61,042 nucleotides of DNA from Candidatus Woesearchaeota archaeon (GCA_018302335.1 JAGVZT010000047.1:1-61042), one strand, 5' to 3'. Counted from the first letter of the stretch, positions 44,297 to 53,511 are shown. Translations and numbers: made by a program. The notes: a model not told the origin generated them from the sequence alone.

Positions 44297-44500
44297 ATGG
44301 CTGGCATGCTCGACCTGATGGGTCATGAGATGGTCTCGTCCGGCATGAGGACCGTGCGGCGAGGGGTGCGCGCTCTCTTCGAGGAAGACGAGTTCGCCGG
44401 CAGCATCGGGGACAGCGCGGACATCCTCGGGGGCGCTCTCGCTGTCGCGCTGGGAATGCCTGTCTACGCTCTTGAGACACTCACGAAGAAGAGGCGCTAG
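44297..44500 (+). CDS. Small hypothetical protein (67 aa), paralog of the 43767..44186 C-terminal half
   Basis: [14 protein letters not shown]...[24 protein letters not shown]-rich upstream spacer with AATATAATAATC (44249-44260). Confidence 0.45.
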   Translation: MAGMLDLMGHEMVSSGMRTVRRGVRALFEEDEFAGSIGDSADILGGALAVALGMPVYALETLTKKRR

Positions 44501-44808
44501 CGCTCCACCATCTCAATCTCGATGTGCAGCCCTTCCGGGATGGGCACGCGCATGATGAGGCGGAGGGCGCGCTCATCGACGGCGAGGTCGATGAGCCGCT
44601 TGTGCACGCGCATCTCGAATCTGTCCCAGGTCGCGGTCCCGTCTCCCGATGGAGATTTTCTCGTGGTGACCTTGAGCTTCTTCGTCGGAAGGGGGATGGG
44701 GCCGCTCATGTCCACGCCCGTCTTCTGGACGATGTCCCGGATGTAGTCGCACGTCTGGTTGATCTTGTCAATCTCCGTGCTGACCAGCTTGATGCGCGCG
44801 CGTTGCAT
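44497..44808 (-). CDS. rps10: 30S ribosomal protein uS10
   Basis: [23 protein letters not shown]...[13 protein letters not shown]. The ATG is 2 nt after the tuf stop. Confidence 0.92.
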   Translation of the reverse strand: MQRARIKLVSTEIDKINQTCDYIRDIVQKTGVDMSGPIPLPTKKLKVTTRKSPSGDGTATWDRFEMRVHKRLIDLAVDERALRLIMRVPIPEGLHIEIEMVER

Positions 44809-44810
44809 GG

Positions 44811-46094
44811 TTACTTCTTCACCAGTTCGATGCACATCCCCGCTGCGACCGTCTGGCCGGAGTCGCGCACCGCGAAGCGGGCGAGCTGGGGAATGTCCTT
44901 CTGCACCTCAATCACCACCGGATGCACCGGCTTGACCCTGACCTTCGCCGCGTCGCCGTTGCGGAGCATATCCACCTTGCCCTCGGACACGCCGGTCGCG
45001 GGGTTGATCTTGTCGATAATCTCGGTAATCTGGCAGGCGACCTGCGCGGTGTGGATGTGGAACACCGGGGTATAGCCCGCGGTGAGCACCGTCGGATGGT
45101 TCAGCACCACAATCTGCGCCGTGAACTCCGTCGCGATGGTGGGCACATTGTCCGAGCGTCCCAGGACGTCGCCGCGCGCCACGTCCTTCTTGGTGACGCC
45201 GCGGATGTTGAACCCGACGTTGTCTCCGGGCTCAGCCTCGTTCATGGACTCGTGGTGCATCTCGATGGACTTGACTTCGCCGGAGACTCCCTTGCCATCA
45301 CGGCCCGGGACCACGGTGACCTTGTCGTTGACCTTCATCTTGCCGGTCTCGATGCGTCCCACGCACACGACGCCGATGCCGGTGATGTTGTACACGTCCT
45401 GCAGGGGCAGGCGCAGCGGGAGGTTCACGGGCTTCTCGGGAACCTTGAGGTTGTCCACCGCCTGCACCAGCGTCGGGCCTGCGTACCAGGTGGTGTTCTC
45501 GCTCTTCTTCACGATGTTGTCGCCGTGGAATCCACTGGTGGGGATGAACTGAATCTGGTCGGGCTTGTAGCCCACGACTTTCAGGAGCTTGCTCACCTCT
45601 TCCTTGACCTCCTCGAAGCGCTTCTGGTCCCACTTGGCCATGTCCATCTTGTTCACGTCGACGATGAGCTGGCCGACTCCCAGGGTCTTCGAGAGGAAGA
45701 TGTGCTCCTTGGTCTGCTGCTGCACCCCCTCTCCGGGGTTGGCGCTCACGACCAGCACTGCGGCGTCCGCCTGGCTTGCTCCGGTAATCATGTTCTTCAC
45801 GAAGTCCCGGTGGCCTGGGGCGTCGATGATGGTGAAATAGTACTTCGGGGTGTCGAACCTGCGGTGCGCGAGGTCGATGGTGAGACCACGCTCCTGCTCC
45901 TCCTTCAGGTTGTCCATGACATAGGCGAACTCGAAGCCGGGCTTGCCGAGCTCCTTCGCCTTGTCCTTGAGCTTGCGCATGGTCTGCTCATCGACATTCC
46001 CGGAATCGTACATGAGCCTGCCGACTGTGGTGGACTTGCCGTGGTCCACGTGCCCGATGAAAATCAGATTCAGGTGTTCCTTCGTCCTTGCCAT
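44811..46094 (-). CDS. tuf: Translation elongation factor EF-1alpha (aEF-1A)
   Basis: [26 protein letters not shown]. 427 aa. GGAGGT SD about 10 nt upstream of the ATG; TATA-like GATTTATAAAGC (reverse complement of 46151-46162). Confidence 0.96.
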   Translation of the reverse strand: MARTKEHLNLIFIGHVDHGKSTTVGRLMYDSGNVDEQTMRKLKDKAKELGKPGFEFAYVMDNLKEEQERGLTIDLAHRRFDTPKYYFTIIDAPGHRDFVKNMITGASQADAAVLVVSANPGEGVQQQTKEHIFLSKTLGVGQLIVDVNKMDMAKWDQKRFEEVKEEVSKLLKVVGYKPDQIQFIPTSGFHGDNIVKKSENTTWYAGPTLVQAVDNLKVPEKPVNLPLRLPLQDVYNITGIGVVCVGRIETGKMKVNDKVTVVPGRDGKGVSGEVKSIEMHHESMNEAEPGDNVGFNIRGVTKKDVARGDVLGRSDNVPTIATEFTAQIVVLNHPTVLTAGYTPVFHIHTAQVACQITEIIDKINPATGVSEGKVDMLRNGDAAKVRVKPVHPVVIEVQKDIPQLARFAVRDSGQTVAAGMCIELVKK

Positions 46095-46203
46095 GTTGAG
46101 TGACCTCCAGTCTGCCCTTGAAGATGGGGCGCGTCAAGGGTTCCAGCGATGCTTTATAAATCTTTTCTTCGGGCGGCTCTCGCGAAACCCCTGGGCAAAG
46201 AGG

Positions 46204-46259
46204 CGGTCGGAATCCTCGGCGTATCGGGGAGGACGGCGAGACAACCCGGAACACGGCCG
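46204..46259. repeat. CGGCCG-bounded intergenic repeat, copy T (56 bp, divergent)
   Basis: CGGTCGGAATCCTCGGCGTATCGGGGAGGACGGCGAGACAACCCGGAACACGGCCG. Keeps the CGG(T/C)CGGAAT end and a GAGACA(A/G)CCCGGAAC core. Confidence 0.55.
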
Positions 46260-46311
46260 ACCTTCCTGCCGGGAGAAGGGAGGTTTTCTCCACGGCCGCC
46301 GCCGCGAAGAG

Positions 46312-46320
46312 TTTATATAT
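46312..46320 (+). promoter_or_regulatory. TATA box
   Basis: TTTATATAT. 22 nt upstream of in-frame GTG 46342 and 70 nt upstream of ATG 46390. Confidence 0.55.
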
Positions 46321-46389
46321 CCGGCGGACGGGCAGCGTCCCGTGCCCCACAAGAAGCAGCCTGACTTGCATCTTGACCTGGAGCCCCCG

Positions 46390-47049
46390 ATGCACGAGCA
46401 CCGCCGGCAGAAGGTCGACCGCGTGGCGTACGGCGCTGCGAGCATCGCGCTCATCACCCTCGCGGTGCTCTTCCGGGAGGAGCTCGGCGCCCTGGTTGTG
46501 CCGGTGTTCGGGGTCATCCTCCTGCTCATCATGTACGAGCTGCGTACCCCGGTGGTGCGCATCGAGCGCCTGGCGCTCTTCATGGTGATGTTCCTCCTGT
46601 TCGTGACCTGGGGGCTTTTCACCCTGGACAGCAGGGTGGCACGCCTGCTTGACTTCCAGGAAAGGGAGCTGTCGCCCGCCATTGGGGAGATGCGGCAGTG
46701 GAGCCAGTCGCGGCGGCTGCTCCAGCCGGCGCGCGTCCAGGTCCAGCTCGTGCAATGGAATGGAAGTGTCAGCATCCCTGAAGCTCTGGAATGGCGCTCG
46801 GTGACCGGTCCGAGCATGCAGCCCGCCATCTTCCCGGGCCATACCGTGCTGCTCCGTCCCTACGCCGAGGGGATGGGCCTGCGCGAGGGCCATATCATCC
46901 GCTTCGTCCGGGACGGCCAGGCTGAGGTCCACCGCATCGTGGCGGTCTACGACGACGAGGTCGTCACTCAGGGGGACAACGCGCTGGAGCGCGAGACCAT
47001 CACCCGGGACATGGTGACCCATGTCGCGGTGGGGGTACTGTTCACATGA
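46390..47049 (+). CDS. Signal peptidase I-like serine peptidase (S26/S24 clan), membrane-anchored
   Basis: Three N-terminal TM helices, then TGPSMQPAIFPGHTVLL (catalytic-Ser motif GxSMxP) and a beta-rich C-terminus (VTQGDNA). The start may be the leaderless GTG at 46342. Upstream track ORF sequence (from 45943) is antisense to tuf. Confidence 0.72.
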   Translation: MHEHRRQKVDRVAYGAASIALITLAVLFREELGALVVPVFGVILLLIMYELRTPVVRIERLALFMVMFLLFVTWGLFTLDSRVARLLDFQERELSPAIGEMRQWSQSRRLLQPARVQVQLVQWNGSVSIPEALEWRSVTGPSMQPAIFPGHTVLLRPYAEGMGLREGHIIRFVRDGQAEVHRIVAVYDDEVVTQGDNALERETITRDMVTHVAVGVLFT

Positions 47050-48077
47050 ACGCGACCGACATCGTCTGCACCGTGGGCCCGATGAGTTCGCGGAGCTATA
47101 TCCTGCGCGAGATGCGCCTCGCGGGGATGACCAGCGTCAGGGTCAACATGGCGCACGCCTCCGCCCGGGACCTGCTGTATTTCGCGAGCCGCGTCCGGGC
47201 AATCACGCCGCGCATCAAGGTGCTCGCGGACCTGCCCGGCCCGAAGATACGCATCGGGGACATCCAGCCGCGGAAGATAGCGCCGGGAATGCAGGTCTCC
47301 TTCACCACGGAGCAGCATCCTCACCTCGGCCGCATCCCCGTGGGCTTTGCGGGCTTCCCTTCCTGTGTCTCGCCGGGAGAGGTGCTGCACACCGATGATG
47401 GCCGTACCGCCCTGGAAGTGAAAGAGGTGCAGGGCAACGAGGTCCACTGCGAGGTGCTCTTCGGGGAATGGCTCCTTCCGAGGAAGGGCATCAACTGTCC
47501 GGGCGAAGAGGATTTTGACCCTATCACCGCAGAGGACGAGGCCCTCATCCCCCAGCTCAAGGCCGCTGAGCCGCAGTACGTCGCGGCGTCCTTCGTACAG
47601 TCAGCGGAAGGCGTGCTTGCGGTGCGCCGCGCCCTCGACGGCGCGGGCATGCCGGCAGATGTGCTCGCGAAGATAGAGACGCCCCATGGCGTTGAGCACA
47701 TCCGCGAGATTGTCGAGTGCGATGCCACCGCAGGGGTCATCGTGGCGCGCGGGGACCTGGCATACGAAGCCGAGCGGGCGGAGCTGCTGCACAACGCCCT
47801 GCGCGTCATCCTCGAGGCGAAACGCGCGGGAAAGCTGGTCATCATGGCGACGCAGATGCTCGACTCCATGGTCCGCGAGCGCGTGCCCACTCGCGCTGAA
47901 ATCTTTGACGTGTCCCTTGCGGTCGCGCTGGGGTGCGATGGGGTGATGACTTCGAACGAGACAGCAGAAGGCAGCAACCCGGTGGAGACCGTGAAGGTCA
48001 TGCGCGAGATTGTCAGTGCCGCCGAGGGCCGGCGGGAGGAGCTGCGCTCGCTGATGCAGGAGATTTTCGCTCTATGA
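47046..48077 (+). CDS. pyk: Pyruvate kinase, short form lacking the C-terminal (allosteric) domain
   Basis: IVCTVGPMS, VRVNMAHA, LADLPGPKIRIG, AKIETPHGVE, IVARGDLAYE, MATQMLDSM, MTSNETAEG. Only 343 aa. ATGA overlaps at both ends. Confidence 0.87.
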   Translation: MNATDIVCTVGPMSSRSYILREMRLAGMTSVRVNMAHASARDLLYFASRVRAITPRIKVLADLPGPKIRIGDIQPRKIAPGMQVSFTTEQHPHLGRIPVGFAGFPSCVSPGEVLHTDDGRTALEVKEVQGNEVHCEVLFGEWLLPRKGINCPGEEDFDPITAEDEALIPQLKAAEPQYVAASFVQSAEGVLAVRRALDGAGMPADVLAKIETPHGVEHIREIVECDATAGVIVARGDLAYEAERAELLHNALRVILEAKRAGKLVIMATQMLDSMVRERVPTRAEIFDVSLAVALGCDGVMTSNETAEGSNPVETVKVMREIVSAAEGRREELRSLMQEIFAL

Positions 48078-48262
48078 CTTGTCCGTGCGGCGCACCGCTG
48101 GACCCGGACGAGGAGTTCTGCCTCCGCTGCGGTCATGTCGTCGGGTTCCGCGAGGAGAGGCCACGTTCCGCAAGATGGCTCTGGCTCCTCCTCGCGGCCG
48201 CTCTTGTCGTGATGCTCGTCATGGGCTTCTATTCTACGTTCTTCTCCTGGCTCTTCCGCTAG
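48074..48262 (+). CDS. Small zinc-ribbon + single-TM protein (62 aa)
   Basis: CPCG...x10...CLRCG followed by WLWLLLAAALVVMLVMGFY. Its ATG overlaps the pyk stop (ATGA). Confidence 0.5.
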   Translation: MTCPCGAPLDPDEEFCLRCGHVVGFREERPRSARWLWLLLAAALVVMLVMGFYSTFFSWLFR

Positions 48263-48277
48263 GTTTTTAAAAAAAGG
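48263..48277 (+). promoter_or_regulatory. A/T-rich TATA-like box
   Basis: GTTTTTAAAAAAAGG, 17 nt upstream of ATG 48294. Confidence 0.5.
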
Positions 48278-48293
48278 TCCGCTCCCTTCCTGC

Positions 48294-48770
48294 ATGCCTT
48301 CCCTCCGCAGCCCTCTCCTTGAAGAGGCTGAGCGCGGGCTCTCGGCGGCAATCGACACTCTTCTGGAGAGATACGCGGTGGAGCCTCGCCTACCCAGGCC
48401 GGAGGTGTACCTGGACATGAAGGCACGCACCTCTCGGTACGAGCCGCGGAGCAACACCGTGGCGTACGCGAACGGCGCCATCTCCCGATGGACGCACGGG
48501 GAGGAGGCCGGGCACTGGCTTTACTATGCGGTGAATCCCGACCTGGACATCGTGGGATTCGACCCGAGCTCTGATGACCTCGGCCTTCGCGCGCTGCACG
48601 AGCTCATGGGGCGATACGCCGCGAATATCGTGACGCAAGGCGAGCCGGCCGCGCTGACCGGCGACTACTCGCACTACGATGAGGAGCACCGCGCTGGCTA
48701 CCTCGCTGCAGACAGCATCTGGCGCGGTAAACGAACCCCCACTCCCTTCCGGCATGGGGAACTCACTTGA
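48294..48770 (+). CDS. Hypothetical protein (158 aa)
   Basis: Coding-like composition. No family recognised; HGEEAGH is not a true HExxH motif. Confidence 0.5.
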   Translation: MPSLRSPLLEEAERGLSAAIDTLLERYAVEPRLPRPEVYLDMKARTSRYEPRSNTVAYANGAISRWTHGEEAGHWLYYAVNPDLDIVGFDPSSDDLGLRALHELMGRYAANIVTQGEPAALTGDYSHYDEEHRAGYLAADSIWRGKRTPTPFRHGELT

Positions 48771-49254
48771 GGAGCTGGTGGAGCAGCGCATCGGGGACGC
48801 AAAGGAGAACGACATCGCGAACAAGGCGGCGTGCGTCGCCAGCGTGCTCGGCAAGGTTGTGAAACCTCGGGAAGGTTATGATGGATATCAGGCAACCTAC
48901 CAGGGAAAGGGTTGGAGTGCGGTGCTCACGACGTCGTCCACCTCTGTTGTCTGCGAGGGAAGACTGCTCATTGCCCTTCTTGAGGGAAAGCAGGAAAGCA
49001 CCGTATTCGAGGCAAAGGGGACTGTTGACCTCACACCGAACGACTCGACTGCCGTGCTCCGCAGGAAGGCAGGCATGACGGAGGACACCCGGCTGTTCGG
49101 GTCGTTCCGGGAAGACAGATATGACGTCACTGCATACCGGCCGGGCGAGTGGGAGGCTGCGCTTGATATGCTCTACAAGGAGGCGCAGCAGCTGCGCGCA
49201 GACCAGGACGAGAAAATCCTCCTTGAGGTCAGGGAGCGCTTCGGCCTGCAATAA
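48754..49254 (+). CDS. Hypothetical protein (166 aa)
   Basis: Internal ATG of track ORF 48679..49254, overlapping the previous gene by 17 nt. No family recognised. Confidence 0.45.
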   Translation: MGNSLEELVEQRIGDAKENDIANKAACVASVLGKVVKPREGYDGYQATYQGKGWSAVLTTSSTSVVCEGRLLIALLEGKQESTVFEAKGTVDLTPNDSTAVLRRKAGMTEDTRLFGSFREDRYDVTAYRPGEWEAALDMLYKEAQQLRADQDEKILLEVRERFGLQ

Positions 49255-49310
49255 GGATAAATACTCCCTCACTGTCCCAGCCGCAGGCGCACTGCGCCGG
49301 GGTGTTATTC

Positions 49311-49766
49311 ATGGATAAGGATTGCTGTTCGGACAATTGCTGCTCGGACTGGGCCTACAAGATTCACATCCTGCTCCTCGGCCTGGTGATGCTTGTCCCG
49401 GGACTGATGAAACTCTTCGTCATGAAGCCGGCAAACGTGGCGGGTTTCCTCGGGGGTCTGGGCATTCCCGCCCCGAATGTGCTGGTGTGGGTGCTCATCG
49501 CTTCGGAGATAGGGAGCGGCGCGGCCATCCTCGCCTCGCTCGTCCTGAAAGGCATGCCGCTGAAGTACGTCGCATGGCTGCCCGTCGTCGTGCTCGTGGT
49601 CGCAGCAGCGACCGCGCTGAAGCCCTACGGCCAGAACTCCTCGAACATCCTGCTGCATCTCATCGCGGCGAGCGACTTCGCGCTGCTGGCGTTGTGGAAC
49701 TGCGGCACGGAGCCCGCGCCCAAGGCTCCGATGGCGAAGCTGGCTGTGAAAGGCGCGAAGAAGTAG
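49311..49766 (+). CDS. DoxX-family membrane protein
   Basis: Four hydrophobic helices (KIHILLLGLVMLVPGLMKLF...). Cys-rich N-terminus MDKDCCSDNCCSD. The track GTG start is at 49302. Confidence 0.65.
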   Translation: MDKDCCSDNCCSDWAYKIHILLLGLVMLVPGLMKLFVMKPANVAGFLGGLGIPAPNVLVWVLIASEIGSGAAILASLVLKGMPLKYVAWLPVVVLVVAAATALKPYGQNSSNILLHLIAASDFALLALWNCGTEPAPKAPMAKLAVKGAKK

Positions 49767-49776
49767 GCTTTTATTC
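49767..49776 (+). promoter_or_regulatory. TATA box
   Basis: GCTTTTATTC, 21 nt upstream of GTG 49797. Confidence 0.5.
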
Positions 49777-49796
49777 TGCCTCTCCTTCCGTTTCCT

Positions 49797-51065
49797 GTGC
49801 CCCGAGTATTCATCGAGTCCCACGGCTGCTCCCTCAACTTGGGAGAAGGCGAGATGATGGCCGGCCTCCTGCGCAAGGAGGGGTACGCCATCGCCGCCTC
49901 TCCCGAGCAGGCGGACTGCGTGGTGCTCAACATGTGCTCGGTCAAGCTCAAGACCGAGCGGAGGATGGTCCGTCGCGCGGGAGAGCTGCACATGCAGAGG
50001 CCGCTCGTGGTAGCGGGCTGCATCCCCCCCGGGAGGAAATTCCGCCGCATCCCGGGAGTCTCGCTCGTCAATACGCAGAACCTCCACCACATCGGCCGGG
50101 CGGTCTCGGCCGCGGTGGATGGGCATGCAGTCGCCTATCTCTTGCGGGAAGAGCGGCCGAAGCTCGGGCTGCCCCGCATCCGCAGGAACCCCGCGGTGAG
50201 CATCGTGCCCATCAGCACCGGCTGCGACCTCGCCTGCGCATTCTGCGTCACCACCATCATCAAGGGGAAGCTGCAGAGCTATCCGATGCGCGCCATCTGC
50301 GACGAGGTCTCCCGCGGGCTGCAGGAGGGCTGCCGGGAGTTCTGGCTGACCTCTCAGGACAACGGCGCGTATCTCACCGGGACGGGGAGGAGCATGCTGC
50401 CGGAGCTCATCCGCTCCGTCGCCGCGCTGGACGGGGAGTTCCGCGTGCGCGTGGGGATGACGAATCCTGTCCATGTGAAAGGCGTCCTCGATTCCCTTTT
50501 GGACGCCTATGAGCACGCGAACGTCTACAAGTTCCTGCACCTCCCGTTGCAGTCCGGCAGCGACCGCATCCTCGCCGAGATGGGGCGCGGCTACACAGCC
50601 CGTGAATTCCTTGCCATCGCGGCCGCATTCCGTGCGCGGTTTCCCGAATCCACGCTCTCGACTGATGTCATCTGCGGCTATCCCGGGGAGAGCGAGGAGG
50701 ATTTCCGGGAGACCATGGCCGCGCTGGAGGAGCTGCGGCCGGAGATGCTGCACCTCTCCCGGTACTCGCCGCGGGACGGGACACGCGCAGCGCTGCAGGA
50801 GCAGGTCCACTGGGGCATCGTCAAGGAGCGGACGCGCGCGGGATTCCGCACATTCCTCGGCATCTCGGCCGGGAGGTGCGCGGAGTGGAAGGGGTGGTCT
50901 GGCCGCGTGCTGGTGTCCGAGGAGGGAAAGCCGGGCACGATGGTCGCCCACAACGATGCCTACCGGCAGATTGTCATCCCCGGAGATGCCTCGCTGCTCG
51001 GTCGTTTTGTCAACGTGCGCGTCACAGGCGTCGGCAGGCATTACCTGCGCGGGGAGCTCTGCTGA
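49797..51065 (+). CDS. Radical-SAM methylthiotransferase (MiaB/MtaB/RimO family; archaeal tRNA methylthiotransferase-like)
   Basis: UPF0004 N-terminal domain VFIESHGCSLNLGEGE, radical-SAM CxxxCxxC in STGCDLACAFCVT, and a TRAM-like C-terminus (GRFVNVRVTG). Confidence 0.9.
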   Translation: MPRVFIESHGCSLNLGEGEMMAGLLRKEGYAIAASPEQADCVVLNMCSVKLKTERRMVRRAGELHMQRPLVVAGCIPPGRKFRRIPGVSLVNTQNLHHIGRAVSAAVDGHAVAYLLREERPKLGLPRIRRNPAVSIVPISTGCDLACAFCVTTIIKGKLQSYPMRAICDEVSRGLQEGCREFWLTSQDNGAYLTGTGRSMLPELIRSVAALDGEFRVRVGMTNPVHVKGVLDSLLDAYEHANVYKFLHLPLQSGSDRILAEMGRGYTAREFLAIAAAFRARFPESTLSTDVICGYPGESEEDFRETMAALEELRPEMLHLSRYSPRDGTRAALQEQVHWGIVKERTRAGFRTFLGISAGRCAEWKGWSGRVLVSEEGKPGTMVAHNDAYRQIVIPGDASLLGRFVNVRVTGVGRHYLRGELC

Positions 51066-52822
51066 CGCAGCTCGCGCCGCATCACCTTGCCGGATGCGGT
51101 GCGGGGCAGGGCGTCCACCACGCGGACCTCGCCCACGCGGAACAGCGGACTCAGTTCCTCCCGTATGGCCTGCTGCAGAGCTTCTTTCAGTTTCGCGGGA
51201 CTCGTCTCACGGAGTGGCACCACATACAGGACGAGCCGCTCGGGCCCTCCATCCGCAGGAGGGACGCCGACTGCGGCGCACTCCTTCACCGCGCCGAGGC
51301 ACGCCCGCTCCACATCCGCGGAGCTGACCTTGATGCCGGAGAGCTTCATGGTGTCGTCAATCCTGCCGAGGAGCTGGTAGTACCCGTTCGGCAGCCTTCG
51401 CGCGGCGTCCCCGTGCCTGCGGAGCACCTTTCCGTCCGGGGAGGGACACCCCGCGTAGTACACCTCGTGATGGTCTTTGTTGAGCAGCCGCTGGGATAGC
51501 CCGACGCTGGGCGGGATGAGGAAGACCTCGCCGCTGTCTGCCTCCCTGTCGCCGTCGAGCAGCGCGAAGTCAAGCCCCAGCGCCGGAGTGGAGAACTGCG
51601 AGGGATAATTCTGCTGCACGACCGTCGAGGTGACATAGCCGCCGCCGAGCTCGGTGCCCCCGCAGTACTCGATGACCGGCCTGCCGCCCGCGCGCTGCAT
51701 GAGCCATTCCATGTCCTCTGCGTTCGAGCACTCTCCTGTCGAACTGAACGCCCGTATCGAAGACCAGTCAAGTCCCTCGGCCGCCCTGCTGGCTCGCCAC
51801 GCCTTGACCAGCGTGGGGACCACGCCGAGCATGGTCACGTTCGCGTCCTGCACGAACTCGCAGAATTCCCGCGATGTCGGAGAGCCCTGGTAGAGGCAGA
51901 TGCTCGCCCGGTTGATGAGCGAGGCATAGATGAGCCAGGGGCCCATCATCCATCCGAGCGAGGTCGGCCAGCACAGCCGGCCTCCAGGATGGATGTCGTG
52001 ATGCAGGTGCGCGTCCGACGCGCATTTCATCGGAGTGCTGTGCGTCCAGGGGATGGCCTTCGGGTCTCCTGTCGTCCCGGAGGAGAAGAGCACGGTGGTG
52101 GTGTCCTCGGCGTCCCGAGAGACCGCGCGGAAGGGCTTCTCCGGTCCGAGGAAATCCTCCCACGCGGTATCGCCTGCCTGGGCCTTGCCGAGCACGACCG
52201 CTTTTCCGTGCGCTGCGGCCCGCACGCGCTCGTACGGCGACAGCTCCCTGCCCCCGTAGCGATACCGCTCGATGGTGAACACGGCTTTCGCGCCGCTGAT
52301 GGCCACTCTCCGCGCGATCTCCTTCGAGGAGAAGCTGTCCGCGATGCCCACCGCGGCACAGCCCGCCTTGATGATGCCCAGGTAGAGTGCGATGCTCTCG
52401 GGAGACAGGGGCATGACGATGGCCAGCGCATCCCCTGGCTTGTACGCGCTGCTGATGCCCTGGGCGACTTGGTCGGTCAGCCCGCTGAGCGCACGGTAGG
52501 ACATCTCGCGCATCGGGCTCTCTCCTTCGGCGCGCCATCGCACCGCCATCGCATCCTCGGGAGCCTGAAAGCAGCTCTCCACGATGTTCAGCCGCGCGCC
52601 CGGGAACCATACCGGGTGTTCCGGGTCACGAAGGTCAGCTTTGCCAGGCTTCTTCAGGAAGTGGATGTCCAGGCGCGCCACCATGGCGGACCAGAATTCC
52701 TTGCGGGAAGAGACACTCCACTTCCACAGTTCCTCATACGACGAGAGGCCGCGCTCCTGCATCAGGGCGTGGAGATTGCTGCTGCGGATGTCTGCCTCGG
52801 AGGGCTGCCAAACGTAGGGCAT
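51041..52822 (-). CDS. AMP-forming acyl-CoA synthetase (acetyl-/acetoacetyl-CoA synthetase family)
   Basis: WQPSEADIRSSNLHALM N-terminus, AMP-binding motif VLFSSGTTGDPKAI, YCGGTELGG, C-terminal LPRTASGKVMRRELR. The ATG at 52822 is 23 nt from a TATA box. 25-nt convergent overlap with the preceding gene. Confidence 0.87.
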   Translation of the reverse strand: MPYVWQPSEADIRSSNLHALMQERGLSSYEELWKWSVSSRKEFWSAMVARLDIHFLKKPGKADLRDPEHPVWFPGARLNIVESCFQAPEDAMAVRWRAEGESPMREMSYRALSGLTDQVAQGISSAYKPGDALAIVMPLSPESIALYLGIIKAGCAAVGIADSFSSKEIARRVAISGAKAVFTIERYRYGGRELSPYERVRAAAHGKAVVLGKAQAGDTAWEDFLGPEKPFRAVSRDAEDTTTVLFSSGTTGDPKAIPWTHSTPMKCASDAHLHHDIHPGGRLCWPTSLGWMMGPWLIYASLINRASICLYQGSPTSREFCEFVQDANVTMLGVVPTLVKAWRASRAAEGLDWSSIRAFSSTGECSNAEDMEWLMQRAGGRPVIEYCGGTELGGGYVTSTVVQQNYPSQFSTPALGLDFALLDGDREADSGEVFLIPPSVGLSQRLLNKDHHEVYYAGCPSPDGKVLRRHGDAARRLPNGYYQLLGRIDDTMKLSGIKVSSADVERACLGAVKECAAVGVPPADGGPERLVLYVVPLRETSPAKLKEALQQAIREELSPLFRVGEVRVVDALPRTASGKVMRRELRQQSSPRR

Positions 52823-52844
52823 CGCCAGCGCGGTGCGCTGCCGG

Positions 52845-52855
52845 GCTAATAAAGC
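52845..52855 (-). promoter_or_regulatory. TATA box for the acyl-CoA synthetase gene (the spacer is shared with the divergent PIN gene)
   Basis: Forward GCTAATAAAGC, reverse complement GCTTTATTAGC; 23 nt upstream of ATG 52822. Confidence 0.5.
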
Positions 52856-52898
52856 TTTGCAGGTCCGGAAAACCTGCGAATCCCTCCGGCAAGGACAT

Positions 52899-53402
52899 AT
52901 GAAGGGCAGGCCTCCCATGAGGGGCATGCCCAACGCATTCCGAAGGCGGGCGGCAGTCAAGCCGCGACGGGTGATTGACGCGTGCGTCCTCATCGCATCC
53001 TTGATGCGGGACATCCCCGGCTGCGCGCAGTATCTCGCCGGTCTGACGGTGCAGCATCATGGTTACATCACCCATGCGCTTCTTGGGGAGGTGTGGTACG
53101 GCACGGTCAATCATGTGCGAGACGCCTTCGTGCGGCAGCGCCTTTACCAGTATGTTGATGGGCTGTTTGCGGAGCAGCGGTTGCACATGCTCCCTCTCGT
53201 GCGAGTCTCCCCGGAGCTGGTCGGAAGCTTCCGGACGCTTCTGCCCTTCTTGTCCGAAGACGACGCCCTGCATCTCGCTGAAGCACGAACGCACGGATTC
53301 TCCGATTTTGTCACCACGGATGAAGAACTGACGGCCCCTCGGAATGCGCTCCGTCTGTCAGAACTCGGCATTCGGATATTCGATCCTACGAGAATCTCTT
53401 GA
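52899..53402 (+). CDS. PIN-domain (VapC-like) ribonuclease
   Basis: Acidic triad context: RVIDACVLIASL (first Asp), SEDDALHLAEA, and DFVTTDEEL. Start ambiguous (ATG at 52899, 52917 or 52926). Confidence 0.72.
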   Translation: MKGRPPMRGMPNAFRRRAAVKPRRVIDACVLIASLMRDIPGCAQYLAGLTVQHHGYITHALLGEVWYGTVNHVRDAFVRQRLYQYVDGLFAEQRLHMLPLVRVSPELVGSFRTLLPFLSEDDALHLAEARTHGFSDFVTTDEELTAPRNALRLSELGIRIFDPTRIS

Positions 53403-53511
53403 GGAGCTTGCTGGTGATGCCAGCCCTGCGGAAGGCTTCCCGAGCCTCCTCGAAGGCCTTCTGGAGCGCCTCATTCCCCCAGTCAATCTTTGGCTCCTCT
53501 TTCCTTGCCAT
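53386..53511 (-). CDS. Possible small protein (41 aa), convergent with and overlapping the PIN gene 3' end
   Basis: MARKEEPKIDWGNEALQKAFEEAREAFRRAGITSKLLKRFS*. The ATG is 23 nt downstream of TATA-like TTCATAAAG (reverse complement of ~53534-53542). Below the ORF-track size cutoff. Confidence 0.3.
   Translation of the reverse strand: MARKEEPKIDWGNEALQKAFEEAREAFRRAGITSKLLKRFS

Noticed and set aside
44281-44328. 15-codon [18 protein letters not shown] starting 21 nt downstream of the AT box at 44249-44260
   Set aside because: It is too short and in a different frame from the conserved paralog ORF that starts at 44297. It is most likely fortuitous.
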